Notes: generated from the sequence alone by a model not told the origin. A DNA stretch of 64,000 nt from an uncultured Verrucomicrobiae bacterium (GCA_963707025.1 CAVPOM010000002.1:71877-135876); one strand, 5' to 3'; positions 31,839-39,995 are shown, counted from the stretch's first letter. A program made the numbers and translations.

Positions 31839-32242
31839 TCCGCCGCAGAACCGGCGAGCAGTGGTGCTCGCTGTCCGGTTCTGCTCGATTTACTTCGCCG
31901 CCATGCCGCTCTGCTGTCACTGGCCCCCCTTCTCAGTGGCCGTGCTGGCAATGGCGAGGATTGCGGCCTTGAGCGCCACGTTGAGCCGGGGCCATGCCTT
32001 GACTACTTGGGACAGGTCATGTAAGGAAGTGACCGGAGTTTGTGAGTCTCCTTGTGAGTCTCGCGCTGTAACTCCTTGATAATCAGCAGGCGGAGGCAGG
32101 TTCAAATCCTGTCGCTCCGACCATTCAACGATCAATGGCTTGCGCAGGCTTTCTCAAGCCGGATGAAAGCCCATTGCCACTTCTATGTCGGTTTCCCCGT
32201 CAGAGGCGGCCAGCGGCCGACTTCATCGTCTGCAACGCCAGC

Positions 32243-33073
32243 TCAAGGCAGCCGCAACCGGTAAAACCGGGCGCCAATTGGGGAGGGTTCGATATACTGA
32301 ATCTGGCTGGCATTGGTTTGATATGGCGGGCCAACGTCCGACCACGGCGGCGTGGCGGGAAGGTTGGTGGCCGACTGCAACTGCCAGCCGCCGGCGGAGG
32401 CCGGCCAGGAGACGACGGGATTTGCTCCGTTCTGGATCGTCAGCACGGGCTGGGCGGTGGTCAGGACGAAGGACACATTGTCCGCGTAGCCGTCGTTGTA
32501 CCCTCCGGCGGTGAAGGTCATGGTCAGCGTGACTTTGACCTGACGCGCGCCGACGGGCACCGCGTTCGTTTTTCCACGGAACAACAAGCCGGTTTGGCTG
32601 GCGCGGTCACTGGCCAGAACCGGTCCCACACTAATCGAGCCGAGGAGGTTGGGCGTGACCCCGTCGGTAAACTCGGCTGTGAGGACGGCATTGTCGTTCT
32701 GGGATTGCCAGCCTCCGAGCCAGCCGGTCAACTCCGCCAGCACGACGCCGGAGTCCACCTGCGCTCCGGCGGCGGTCAGATCAATCACCTGATACGCGCT
32801 GGAAACAGAGGTGGTCGGGCCGCCGGTGAAGAGGTTGGCGCCGCGGTCCGCCGGCCCGGGACTGTTGGTCGGAATATCGGAGGCGGTGCCGTAAAGGGTG
32901 ACGGTGAAGTTATTCAACGTGGTCCAGCCGGGCACGGGCAGAACATCATTGCCCGTGGTTGAACCCGCCCCGGCTTCAGCATCGGCGTTGACGATCAGGT
33001 TGGTGTTGAACAGTCCGGCGTGGAGACCGGTGCCGGCGATGACTGCCAGCGCGATTAAAATCAGCCGTTTCAT
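32243..33073 (-). CDS. Secreted beta-sandwich protein
   Basis: Signal peptide, NLIVNADAE, GYADNVS and C-terminal 'LQSATNL...W...RFYRL' tail. Confidence 0.75.
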   Translation of the reverse strand: MKRLILIALAVIAGTGLHAGLFNTNLIVNADAEAGAGSTTGNDVLPVPGWTTLNNFTVTLYGTASDIPTNSPGPADRGANLFTGGPTTSVSSAYQVIDLTAAGAQVDSGVVLAELTGWLGGWQSQNDNAVLTAEFTDGVTPNLLGSISVGPVLASDRASQTGLLFRGKTNAVPVGARQVKVTLTMTFTAGGYNDGYADNVSFVLTTAQPVLTIQNGANPVVSWPASAGGWQLQSATNLPATPPWSDVGPPYQTNASQIQYIEPSPIGARFYRLRLP

Positions 33074-33481
33074 GGTTTGAGTCCTTCAGTCAGGCATTCG
33101 TGTTTAACGGCCCTAAACGTCCGCCGAAGACGCTCTTGGTTTTTCCGCCCAAAGAGACGCTTCCAGCACGACTTTTAGCAATTCTAATCTGCATGCCTCT
33201 AAAGTCAATGATATTCCAGATTCTTATGGACAGCAGGGCCGAAGCCGAGCCATTCAGCCCCGGGATGAAAGAACAATCTGCCAAGGCTTTGCCGGTTGTT
33301 CTTTAGCCAACCCGTGACTTTCATTATTCCCTCACATTGGATTGGGCCATGTTCCGGTCGCCCGTTTGAGATAGTATTGCTCAGGAGGCCTGCCGCACCA
33401 TCTGCATCATCTCAATCCAGTCAATTTGCAGTTGAATTCGTCAGGGAGAGCGGGCGTATTGACGCCCGCCCTCCCGTTGTT

Positions 33482-34066
33482 TCATTCCCGCACGAACAGC
33501 TTCCACTCCGGAATTCCATGCGCGTTGCGGATGAGGGCCGAGGCGGGCAGTTCCCTGGGCGCGCGCGGCAGCCTGAGCAATTTCAGGCCGGCTTCGTGCG
33601 GCAGGCGGTTGCCTTTGCGGGCGTTAATGTCTTTGCCGGCCCAAACCAGGTTTTCCCAGGCGTTCTTGCCGCCGCGCGAACGGGGCAGGACGTGGTCCAG
33701 GCTGCCGTCTTCGGGGCGCAGGACGCGGCCGGTGTACTGGCAGCGGTTGCCGTCGCGCTCGCGAATGGCGCGGGCGCAGAGCTTCGGGCGCTTCTTGGGC
33801 ACCTTGGCGTAGTTCACCGCCACGATCACCGTGGGCACGCGGATGGGACCGCGCACGGTCCGCACCGCGTTGTCCTGCGGACGGATGGGCAGCGTGATCC
33901 ACTCCTCCCAAGTCACGGGGCGGATGTGATTTTGACCTTCGATTTCCAGAGCGGTCGCCACGTTCGTCGCCATCATGCAGAAGGCTTCCTGCGGCGTGCG
34001 GACGTTGACGGCCTGCCAGTTGCGGTTGAGCACCAGCACCAGCGCTTTGTTCAGTATGTCATTCAT
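33482..34066 (-). CDS. HNH endonuclease directly downstream of the tRNA array
   Basis: VLVLNRNW, RDGNRCQYTG, SLDHVLPRSRGG, WENLV and NARKGN motifs. Confidence 0.92.
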   Translation of the reverse strand: MNDILNKALVLVLNRNWQAVNVRTPQEAFCMMATNVATALEIEGQNHIRPVTWEEWITLPIRPQDNAVRTVRGPIRVPTVIVAVNYAKVPKKRPKLCARAIRERDGNRCQYTGRVLRPEDGSLDHVLPRSRGGKNAWENLVWAGKDINARKGNRLPHEAGLKLLRLPRAPRELPASALIRNAHGIPEWKLFVRE

Positions 34067-34191
34067 AAAATTAGTGGTTAGTGGCCAGTGGTTAGCGCGG
34101 TATTTCACTCTCCACTCACCACTAGCCACTGGCCACTTGCCTCCGGTGTTTGTTCTTTGTTGTTTGACTTCAGCCTTTAGCCTTTCAAATC

Positions 34192-34266
34192 TGGCTGCCC
34201 CGCCTGGTTTTGCTCCGGGTCCTCCGGCGTCAGAGACCGGCGCACTCCTGATGATGCAACGAGGCA
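34192..34266 (-). tRNA. tRNA-Gln(CTG), atypical
   Basis: CCGGT-CTCTGAC-GCCGG; T-loop AGCAAAA; CCA. Confidence 0.8.
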
Positions 34267-34348
34267 TCCGTGTGCATGGTCAATATTTGTCAATCAATTG
34301 ACAAGATATGGTTAGCCTGCCTTGCTCGCAGCCGGGATATTGGGACGC

Positions 34349-34594
34349 ATGATAATGATGAATCATATAGAGACAGGTGTTGCAGCCGAATGGCCGCCCA
34401 CGTCGAACCGCGCCGGCCGGATCGTTCCAGCCGCAAGGCCGGGAAGTTGGACTGGCCTCGCGGTTGCATGGCACGCGGCCATCAGTTATCTCGTGCCGAT
34501 TGGTTATGAAGACGCAACCGGATTCCATTACGGCGGGATGCCCGTGTCGAATACCGCAGCGAGCTTCCGCCAACCCGCTGTCAGGAACTGGTAG
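34349..34594 (+). CDS. Small protein with PxGYEDxTGFHYG motif
   Basis: Motif I recall from small Verrucomicrobia proteins (not verified); antisense to the array. Confidence 0.55.
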   Translation: MIMMNHIETGVAAEWPPTSNRAGRIVPAARPGSWTGLAVAWHAAISYLVPIGYEDATGFHYGGMPVSNTAASFRQPAVRNW

Positions 34595-34661
34595 CCCGTG
34601 CTGGTAATTCTCCAGCGTCCGCAGTTTGTAGGACTGCCGCTCTGAATTTGAGCTAACGGGC
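34589..34661 (-). tRNA. tRNA-Val(TAC)
   Basis: GCAGT-CCTACAA-ACTGC; T-loop AGAATTA; CCA. Confidence 0.85.
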
Positions 34662-34668
34662 TGCAAAT

Positions 34669-34742
34669 TGGCTGCCGGGGCTGGAATTGCACCAGCATAA
34701 GCGCCTTCAAAGGGCGCTGTCCTACGATTAGACGACCCGGCA
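34669..34742 (-). tRNA. tRNA-Gln(TTG)
   Basis: GCGCC-CTTTGAA-GGCGC; T-loop TGCAATT; CCA. Confidence 0.9.
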
Positions 34743-34849
34743 CGGGGAAAGGCTAAAGGCTAAAGGCTGAAGGCTGAATAAAGTACCAATAACCTGTCTC
34801 TGATGTCTTTACTTTAGCCTTTGGCCTTTAGCCTTCAGACTTTCAAAAG

Positions 34850-34923
34850 TGGTGGCCCGCCAGGGTAACGCTCCCTGTTCAACGGCTTAAAAGACCGTTG
34901 CATCACTTTAATGCTTGCAGGCC
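34850..34923 (-). tRNA. tRNA-Lys(TTT)
   Basis: ACGGT-CTTTTAA-GCCGT; T-loop AGCGTTA; CCA. Confidence 0.88.
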
Positions 34924-34967
34924 GTGGCAATTGCGGACTGGCGATTGCGGTTTGCGATGGGATTAGT

Positions 34968-35249
34968 CGGGGCGTTATGTAACGGCATGTAACGGCATGT
35001 AACGGGGCGTAACGGGACCAATTCAGGTGCAAGTAACTGTTGATCAATTGTTTATAGAAATGTAACGGGCGTAACGGCCAAAAGGGTATTTCCCGCTGGA
35101 AAATGACAAGGCGGGGCGTTATGTAACGGCATGTAACGGCATGTAACGGGGCGTAACGGGACTAATTCCAGTGCAAGCAACTGTGGCTCAACGGCTTGCA
35201 GAAATGCAACGGTTGTAACGGCCAAAAGAGCACTTCCCGCTGGAAAATG
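34968..35249. repeat. Imperfect tandem duplication (period 144 nt) rich in GTAACGG
   Basis: Copies at 34968-35105 and 35112-35249. Confidence 0.85.
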
Positions 35250-35325
35250 GAGCCTCCAGCCGGCGATGCTCCGGCATTATTTCTTTACAAAAGAAATCCG
35301 TCCCGATGGATCGGGACATGGAGGC
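35248..35325 (-). tRNA. tRNA-Thr(TGT), extended D hairpin
   Basis: TTTCT-TTTGTAA-AGAAA; D arm GTCCCGAT-CC-ATCGGGAC; CCA. Confidence 0.75.
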
Positions 35326-35368
35326 GAAAAGATTGCCGACCCGCCCGCCGTAACTCGCGGAGCGAAGG

Positions 35369-35441
35369 CGGTTCGCAGTCCCCAGTGCTGCCCTGGGCAG
35401 AGCGGGCGTATGAAACCTGCCTGAGCGCTGGCTCGACTGCG
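35369..35441 (-). tRNA. tRNA-Met(CAT)-like, degenerate
   Basis: Acceptor CGCAGTC/GACTGCG, loop TTCATAC, small D arm, no intact CCA. Confidence 0.6.
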
Positions 35442-35567
35442 CGGCGCGCATGGCCGTCCCGGCGGAGGGCTGCACACGGCCGAAAATGGCGTCCTTGACC
35501 GGCTTCGCTCCCGCCTCAGAAGCGACGGCGGGCAGCCTTCGCCACCTTTGGCGAAGGTGGCGAAGGC

Positions 35568-35659
35568 TGGTGCGCGCGTCCGGTAACGCTCCGGAACCCG
35601 GCACTCATCTAGTGCGATGCGGGGTATAAGGCCGCCGGCTCTCTTTGAGCTACGCGCGC
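35568..35659 (-). tRNA. tRNA with TAT (Ile) anticodon and long variable arm
   Basis: GCGCGCG acceptor, loop CTTATAC, V arm GCACT-AGATG-AGTGC, A73-CCA. Confidence 0.8.
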
Positions 35660-35763
35660 GAAAATGGCCTGGCAGCCGCAGCGGCGCAAGACCAACGGCA
35701 AAGCCCACCTTCGCTGAAGCTGCGGCCGGCAGCCTTCTCCACCTGCGCACAGGTGGCAGAGGC

Positions 35764-35855
35764 TGGCGGAATGCCGTGGATTTGCGCCACACCCCCATTT
35801 CCAGGAGCGCACTGTTTAGCAAACAGGCCCGGCTCACTCGTCCGGTTGACATTCC
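35764..35855 (-). tRNA. tRNA-Ser(GCT), 8/4 fold
   Basis: GGAATGTC/GGCATTCC acceptor, GTGG/CCAC T stem, long V arm, G73-CCA. Confidence 0.85.
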
Positions 35856-35891
35856 AGATTGGCTTGCCCGCCGGAGCTGGCAAGCAAAGGA

Positions 35892-35975
35892 GGGTCGGCG
35901 TGGGGAGACTTGCACCCCCAAGGCTGCCAGATTCTGAGTCTGGACCCTCTGCTGTTCGGGTTAAACCACATGCCC
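35892..35975 (-). tRNA. tRNA-Leu(CAG)-like, degenerate, short variable region
   Basis: CCAGA-CTCAGAA-TCTGG; mismatched acceptor; ends in CCC. Confidence 0.6.
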
Positions 35976-35982
35976 GTGAAAT

Positions 35983-36058
35983 TGGCACTCCCGGAAGGAC
36001 TCTCACCCTCATCTCCGACGTTCGAAGCGTCGCGCTCTGGTGATTGAGCTACGGGAGC
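35983..36058 (-). tRNA. tRNA-Arg(TCG)
   Basis: CGACG-CTTCGAA-CGTCG; T-loop TGAGAGT; CCA. Confidence 0.88.
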
Positions 36059-36066
36059 ATTGCAAT

Positions 36067-36140
36067 TGGTGAGTTGCCACGGATTCGCACCGTGCTCTGC
36101 GGTTTAAGAGACCGCTGCATCGCGGCAATGCTTGCAACCC
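36067..36140 (-). tRNA. tRNA-Lys(CTT)
   Basis: GCGGT-CTCTTAA-ACCGC; T-loop TGCGAAT; CCA. Confidence 0.9.
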
Positions 36141-36309
36141 GAACGCGACACGAAGGCGGAGTTGAATCCCGATTCCGAATCGGGACACCGGTGTTCGCGT
36201 CGCGTGAAGTGATCCCAAGCGAACTGAGTCTGGCGTGCGGCGGCTGGCCGCGCGCAAGCCCCTTCGACCGCGCGGGGTCCCTGCCGGCAGGCCGGATTCA
36301 CTTGGGAAA

Positions 36310-36384
36310 TGGACGGGCATCAGGGTAGCGCGCCCTGTATTCCGGTTTGGAAAACCGGCGTGTGTCTCTCAACACTTATGCCCG
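36310..36384 (-). tRNA. tRNA-Gly(TCC)
   Basis: CCGGT-TTTCCAA-ACCGG; T-loop CGCGCTA; U73-CCA. Confidence 0.85.
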
Positions 36385-36403
36385 AGTAAGAAAGCGGTTG
36401 CCG

Positions 36404-37921
36404 TCAGCGGGGTGCCGGGGACGGTTCTTTCGCCACAAAGCTATCGGCGCTCCCGGGGTCGCCGCTCCCTTTATATATCGCGGTCGTGGGGTAGCGAAAA
36501 AGAGGCCTCGTCATCTGGATTTTGCCGTTGTTGCTTTTGGAGGCGATGACTCTGTCAGGAGGATGGCCGTGTTCCACCCAATCCACCATGACGGCAAGCC
36601 AGTCCACCTCACTTGCGCCAGGCCCGCCGCCGCAATGGAGGCAGCCCGGAACCATGAAGAGCCGGCAGTAGTCGCTGGCGTTGGGATCGCGCGCCTGTAC
36701 TTGACGATAATAATTGATGGTGGCTTGCGGCGGCAGCGCCGGATCGGCCCATCCGTGCCAAAGGATGAGTCTGCCCTTTCGCGCCTTCAGGCCATCCAAG
36801 TTGATGTTGGTCGCGTCGAGAAAGGAGGCGGCCAGCCGCGTCTGGGCCGCAAAATTTGAAAAATCGCAGGTCGAATAATTCCAATCAGGATTATTGAAGA
36901 CCAGGTATTTGAAGATCTGAGTGCCGAAGGCAAAAAGCAGATCGGGGGCATGATCCTGGGCGAGTTGCGGCGCTGGTCCGACAATCCACGCAATCCACTG
37001 GGCAGGATCGCATTCCGCGCCGGGCGTGTAGCCGGGATAAATTGGCCCTTGCTCGTTGCGGGCGCCCGCGTAAATGGCCTCGATGGCTTTGCGCTGTTCG
37101 TCGGTTAACCCGGCCACTTTGGACAAGTCGAAGTGCGCGGAAGGCGGATCTTGCACGACGCCGTCCTTCAGACCGTCTTGCCCGTCGCATTGCTCGATAA
37201 TGGCCTGCTGCAACTTCTGGAGGCTCTCTCTATCGAGCACGGTTTTATCGAGATGGCCAGGGTCCGGGTAAAGCGCCTTCTCTATGGACACGGCGTTGGC
37301 GGCCAAGCCCGGCCAGTCAAACGCCGGCGCGCCGGCCACAATCCCGTCGAAGTCCATTGGATACCGCTGCGCCTCCATCATGGCCTGGCCTCCGCCGCGC
37401 GAGCAACCTGTGAAATAGCAGTAGGCGGCGTCCGCGCCGTAATAACTGCGGATAAGAGCCTTGGCCACTTCGGCCGTGCGATGCACCGCGAGATGACCGA
37501 AATTGACCTGCGCCTCCAAGTCGTCGAGCGCCCAACCGGCCATGTAGCCGGGTTGCCACTCGTGCCCGGCGTCGGTCCCGACCGTCGCGTAGCCGTGATT
37601 GACCGAACCCAGAGCCGAGTTCTGCACCGTTCCGACAAACCCGCCGCCGCCTCCCATCACGAAGCGCCCATTCCACGAATCCGGCAGCAGCAACTCAAAA
37701 CGGATGTGGCCCCCAATGACGCCCTCCACCTTGACAGCCGCGGCATGAAGATTTCCCACGAGGGCCGGAGCCACCGGCGTGGCCGATTCCAAAACCACGT
37801 CCGGCAAGCGCACCTGCCGCAGGTTCTCAACGGTGATGTGATTGGTCAATTGGCCTGACGCATCGGCGCTGCCGCACAGCACGGCCAGACAGGCGAGGAA
37901 ACTTCGTTTGACGTGTTGCAT
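36404..37921 (-). CDS. Tannase/feruloyl esterase family hydrolase
   Basis: Signal peptide; WNGRF, GCSRGG, HGWAD and PGCLHCGGG motifs. Confidence 0.92.
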   Translation of the reverse strand: MQHVKRSFLACLAVLCGSADASGQLTNHITVENLRQVRLPDVVLESATPVAPALVGNLHAAAVKVEGVIGGHIRFELLLPDSWNGRFVMGGGGGFVGTVQNSALGSVNHGYATVGTDAGHEWQPGYMAGWALDDLEAQVNFGHLAVHRTAEVAKALIRSYYGADAAYCYFTGCSRGGGQAMMEAQRYPMDFDGIVAGAPAFDWPGLAANAVSIEKALYPDPGHLDKTVLDRESLQKLQQAIIEQCDGQDGLKDGVVQDPPSAHFDLSKVAGLTDEQRKAIEAIYAGARNEQGPIYPGYTPGAECDPAQWIAWIVGPAPQLAQDHAPDLLFAFGTQIFKYLVFNNPDWNYSTCDFSNFAAQTRLAASFLDATNINLDGLKARKGRLILWHGWADPALPPQATINYYRQVQARDPNASDYCRLFMVPGCLHCGGGPGASEVDWLAVMVDWVEHGHPPDRVIASKSNNGKIQMTRPLFRYPTTAIYKGSGDPGSADSFVAKEPSPAPR

Positions 37922-38050
37922 AACTGCCGGTCATTACACCTCGCGACAGTGAACCTGGCAATCTCTTTCGGCCAGCCTCGCCACTATTCGAAAGCGTGTT
38001 CGGCAAGGTCGCGCTTGTCAGGTTTCGGTCCGCGGACGCATCATGTTTGC

Positions 38051-38812
38051 ATGACGATTCCGATGGAGTTGCTGCAACGCCTGGCCGCCGCCAAAAGCGT
38101 GACCGTGCTGACGGGCGCGGGCGTGTCAGCGGAAAGCGGTGTCCCCACATTTCGCGACGCCCGAACCGGGCTGTGGGCGAAATTCAGCCCCGAAGAACTG
38201 GCCACGCCGCGCGCCTTCCGGCGAAATCCCCGCCTGGTTTGGGAATGGTATGAATGGCGGCGTGAGCTTGTCGCCGGCGCAAAGCCAAACCCGGCGCACT
38301 TTGCGCTGGCAGAAATGGAGAAGGTTGTGCCGCGGTTCCATCTCATCACGCAAAACGTGGATGGCCTGCATCAATGCGCTGGAAACCGGAGCGTCATCGA
38401 ATTGCACGGCAATATCATGCGCACCAAATGCTTTGAGGAAGGCACGCTGGTTTCGAGTTGGAAAGACACCGGCAACGTCCCGCCGAAATGTCCAGCCTGT
38501 GGCGGCTGGTTGCGCCCCGACGTGGTTTGGTTCGAGGAGCCGATGCCGCAAGCGGAGATGGCACAGGCCGCGACGGCCAGCACGACATGCGATGTCTTTT
38601 TTTCCATCGGCACGTCCACCGTTGTTTATCCCGCGGCTGCCCTGCCAGCGGAAGCATTGCGCAGCGGCGCGACCGTGGTGGAGATCAATCCGCAGCCCAC
38701 CCCATTCACCCCGCAGGCGCATTTCGCTCTGGCTGGCGCGGCCGGAGTTGTGTTGCCCGAATTGGTGAAGGCGCTCGACGCCATGCGCGGTGGGCTGCGT
38801 GCGTCGTCGTAA
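38051..38812 (+). CDS. cobB: NAD-dependent deacylase (Sir2/CobB family)
   Basis: TGAGVSAESGVPTFR, TQNVDGLH, ELHG, LRPDVVWF and GTS motifs. Confidence 0.92.
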   Translation: MTIPMELLQRLAAAKSVTVLTGAGVSAESGVPTFRDARTGLWAKFSPEELATPRAFRRNPRLVWEWYEWRRELVAGAKPNPAHFALAEMEKVVPRFHLITQNVDGLHQCAGNRSVIELHGNIMRTKCFEEGTLVSSWKDTGNVPPKCPACGGWLRPDVVWFEEPMPQAEMAQAATASTTCDVFFSIGTSTVVYPAAALPAEALRSGATVVEINPQPTPFTPQAHFALAGAAGVVLPELVKALDAMRGGLRASS

Positions 38813-38864
38813 GCCCGCCTCCGCTCTGCGAGCCGCGGCGGGAGACCTTTGTTGTGGCGAAGGT

Positions 38865-38939
38865 TGGAATCCCGTGTGGGGGTCGCACCCACCTGCGTGG
38901 TTTTGCAGACCACTGCCTCGGCTGCTCGGCCAACGGGAT
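38865..38939 (-). tRNA. tRNA-Cys(GCA)
   Basis: GTGGT-CTGCAAA-ACCAC; U73-CCA. Confidence 0.9.
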
Positions 38940-39077
38940 GTGAAATCAGAAGTGCGGGCGGAAGCTTCCGCCTCCGCCCGCCTTAGTTGCCTCTTGGCGT
39001 CGTTCCATCGGATTTCAATGTGCCGCCTCGCCCGGTTCCGTCTTCGCATTGGCCGGTGGCGTGATACAAATTGAAAT

Positions 39078-39152
39078 TGGGGTGACCAACCGGAGTTGCA
39101 CCGGCACAAACGCCGTCACGGGCCGTGATGCTGCTGTTACATCATGATCACC
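39078..39152 (-). tRNA. tRNA-His(GTG)
   Basis: Loop CCGTGAC; G-1:C73; CCA. Confidence 0.85.
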
Positions 39153-39257
39153 ATAAAAAAGTGCCGAGTGAAGATTGCAGAGTGCAGAGTGGGAAATGCC
39201 ATTGGGCACCTGCTACTTTCCACTCCGCACTCTGCACTCTGCACTCTCCACTTCAAA

Positions 39258-39333
39258 TGGAGCCCCCGGCCGGACTCGCACCGGCGAATACGAGTTTACG
39301 AAACTCGCCCTGTTGCTGCTGAGGCACAGGGGC
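39258..39333 (-). tRNA. tRNA-Thr(CGT)
   Basis: CGAGT-TTCGTAA-ACTCG; CCA. Confidence 0.88.
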
Positions 39334-39426
39334 GTGAAAGAAAGTATGACGGCTGAAGGCTAAAGGCTAAAGTAAAGACATTTGGATTTTAGCCTTCAGC
39401 CTTTAGCCTTTAGCCTTTCCCAACAC

Positions 39427-39504
39427 TGGCGCTCTCACATGGATTTGCACCATGAGCCTCCGCCTTCGCAAGGCGGCGTGCAGATCTAATTACACCTTGA
39501 GAGC
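39427..39504 (-). tRNA. tRNA-Arg(GCG)
   Basis: CCGCC-TTGCGAA-GGCGG; G73-CCA. Confidence 0.85.
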
Positions 39505-39507
39505 AAA

Positions 39508-39585
39508 TGGCGTCCGTGGCCGGACTCGCACCGGCTAGGACCAGCTTGAAGGACTGGATGCGCGAGCTGCTTTGCATTCACGGAC
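39508..39585 (-). tRNA. tRNA-Glu(TTC)
   Basis: CCAGT-CCTTCAA-GCTGG; CCA. Confidence 0.85.
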
Positions 39586-39606
39586 TAATTGCGCAGGGCC
39601 AGGAGT

Positions 39607-39681
39607 CGGCCCCCGAGGTTGGTATCGCGCCAACGTCTCCTCCTCTTCAGGGAGGTGCTAATCTGCCTCAGCTACCCGGGG
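39607..39681 (-). tRNA. tRNA-Phe(GAA)
   Basis: CCTCC-CTGAAGA-GGAGG; ends in CCG. Confidence 0.78.
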
Positions 39682-39690
39682 AAATGACTC

Positions 39691-39767
39691 GGTAGGGCGA
39701 GACTCCGTCGAGCCGTGACTCGATTTCATGGGATAAATTCAGGGTTCGAACAGAGTCTCACCCTACC
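39691..39767. repeat. REP-like hairpin (GGTAGGG...CCCTACC)
   Basis: ggtagggcgagactccgtcgagcc / ggttcgaacagagtctcaccctacc. Confidence 0.7.
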
Positions 39768-39778
39768 TGGAAAAAGTA

Positions 39779-39849
39779 TCGTCCCGGCAGGTAACGCTCC
39801 TGCTTCTTCCGGTTATCAACCGGAGGCTCTGCTTTTGAGCTACGAGACG
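39779..39849 (-). tRNA. tRNA-Ile(GAT)
   Basis: TCCGG-TTGATAA-CCGGA; CCA not encoded. Confidence 0.82.
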
Positions 39850-39995
39850 TTGGTCAATTGGGGCTTCACGCCGAACCGATGCACGGGGCGGAACACCAGA
39901 TTCAGCTTCGCGGTCGGTCGGATTCGAATGCCACGGCTTGGCTTATAACTTCTGCGGAACAGAAGTTGACTTTGATTGCGACGGGCGATTTTCAT
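39840..39995 (-). CDS. Putative 51-aa basic peptide inside the tRNA array
   Basis: AAAGGA 7 nt before ATG; MKIARRNQSQLLFRRSYKPSRGIRIRPTAKLNLVFRPVHRFGVKPQLTNVS. Confidence 0.45.
   Translation of the reverse strand: MKIARRNQSQLLFRRSYKPSRGIRIRPTAKLNLVFRPVHRFGVKPQLTNVS

Larger units (their letters stand above)
25562..32126. mobile_element. Integrated ~6.5-kb element with tyrosine integrase and HUH-type Rep
   Basis: 31-bp direct repeat of the tRNA-Pro 3' end at 25562-25592 and 32096-32126. Confidence 0.92.

Noticed and set aside
34968..35249. 144-nt duplication as a CRISPR array
   Set aside because: Only two copies, and the intervening sequences are homologous rather than unique spacers
35188..36328. 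ORF-track proteins across the tRNA array (also 38790-40918)
   Set aside because: They overlap tRNA cloverleafs and repeats and have no protein motifs
38941..39075. tmRNA or hammerhead ribozyme
   Set aside because: No tag peptide ending in AA, no tRNA-like ends, and no CUGANGA/GAAA core
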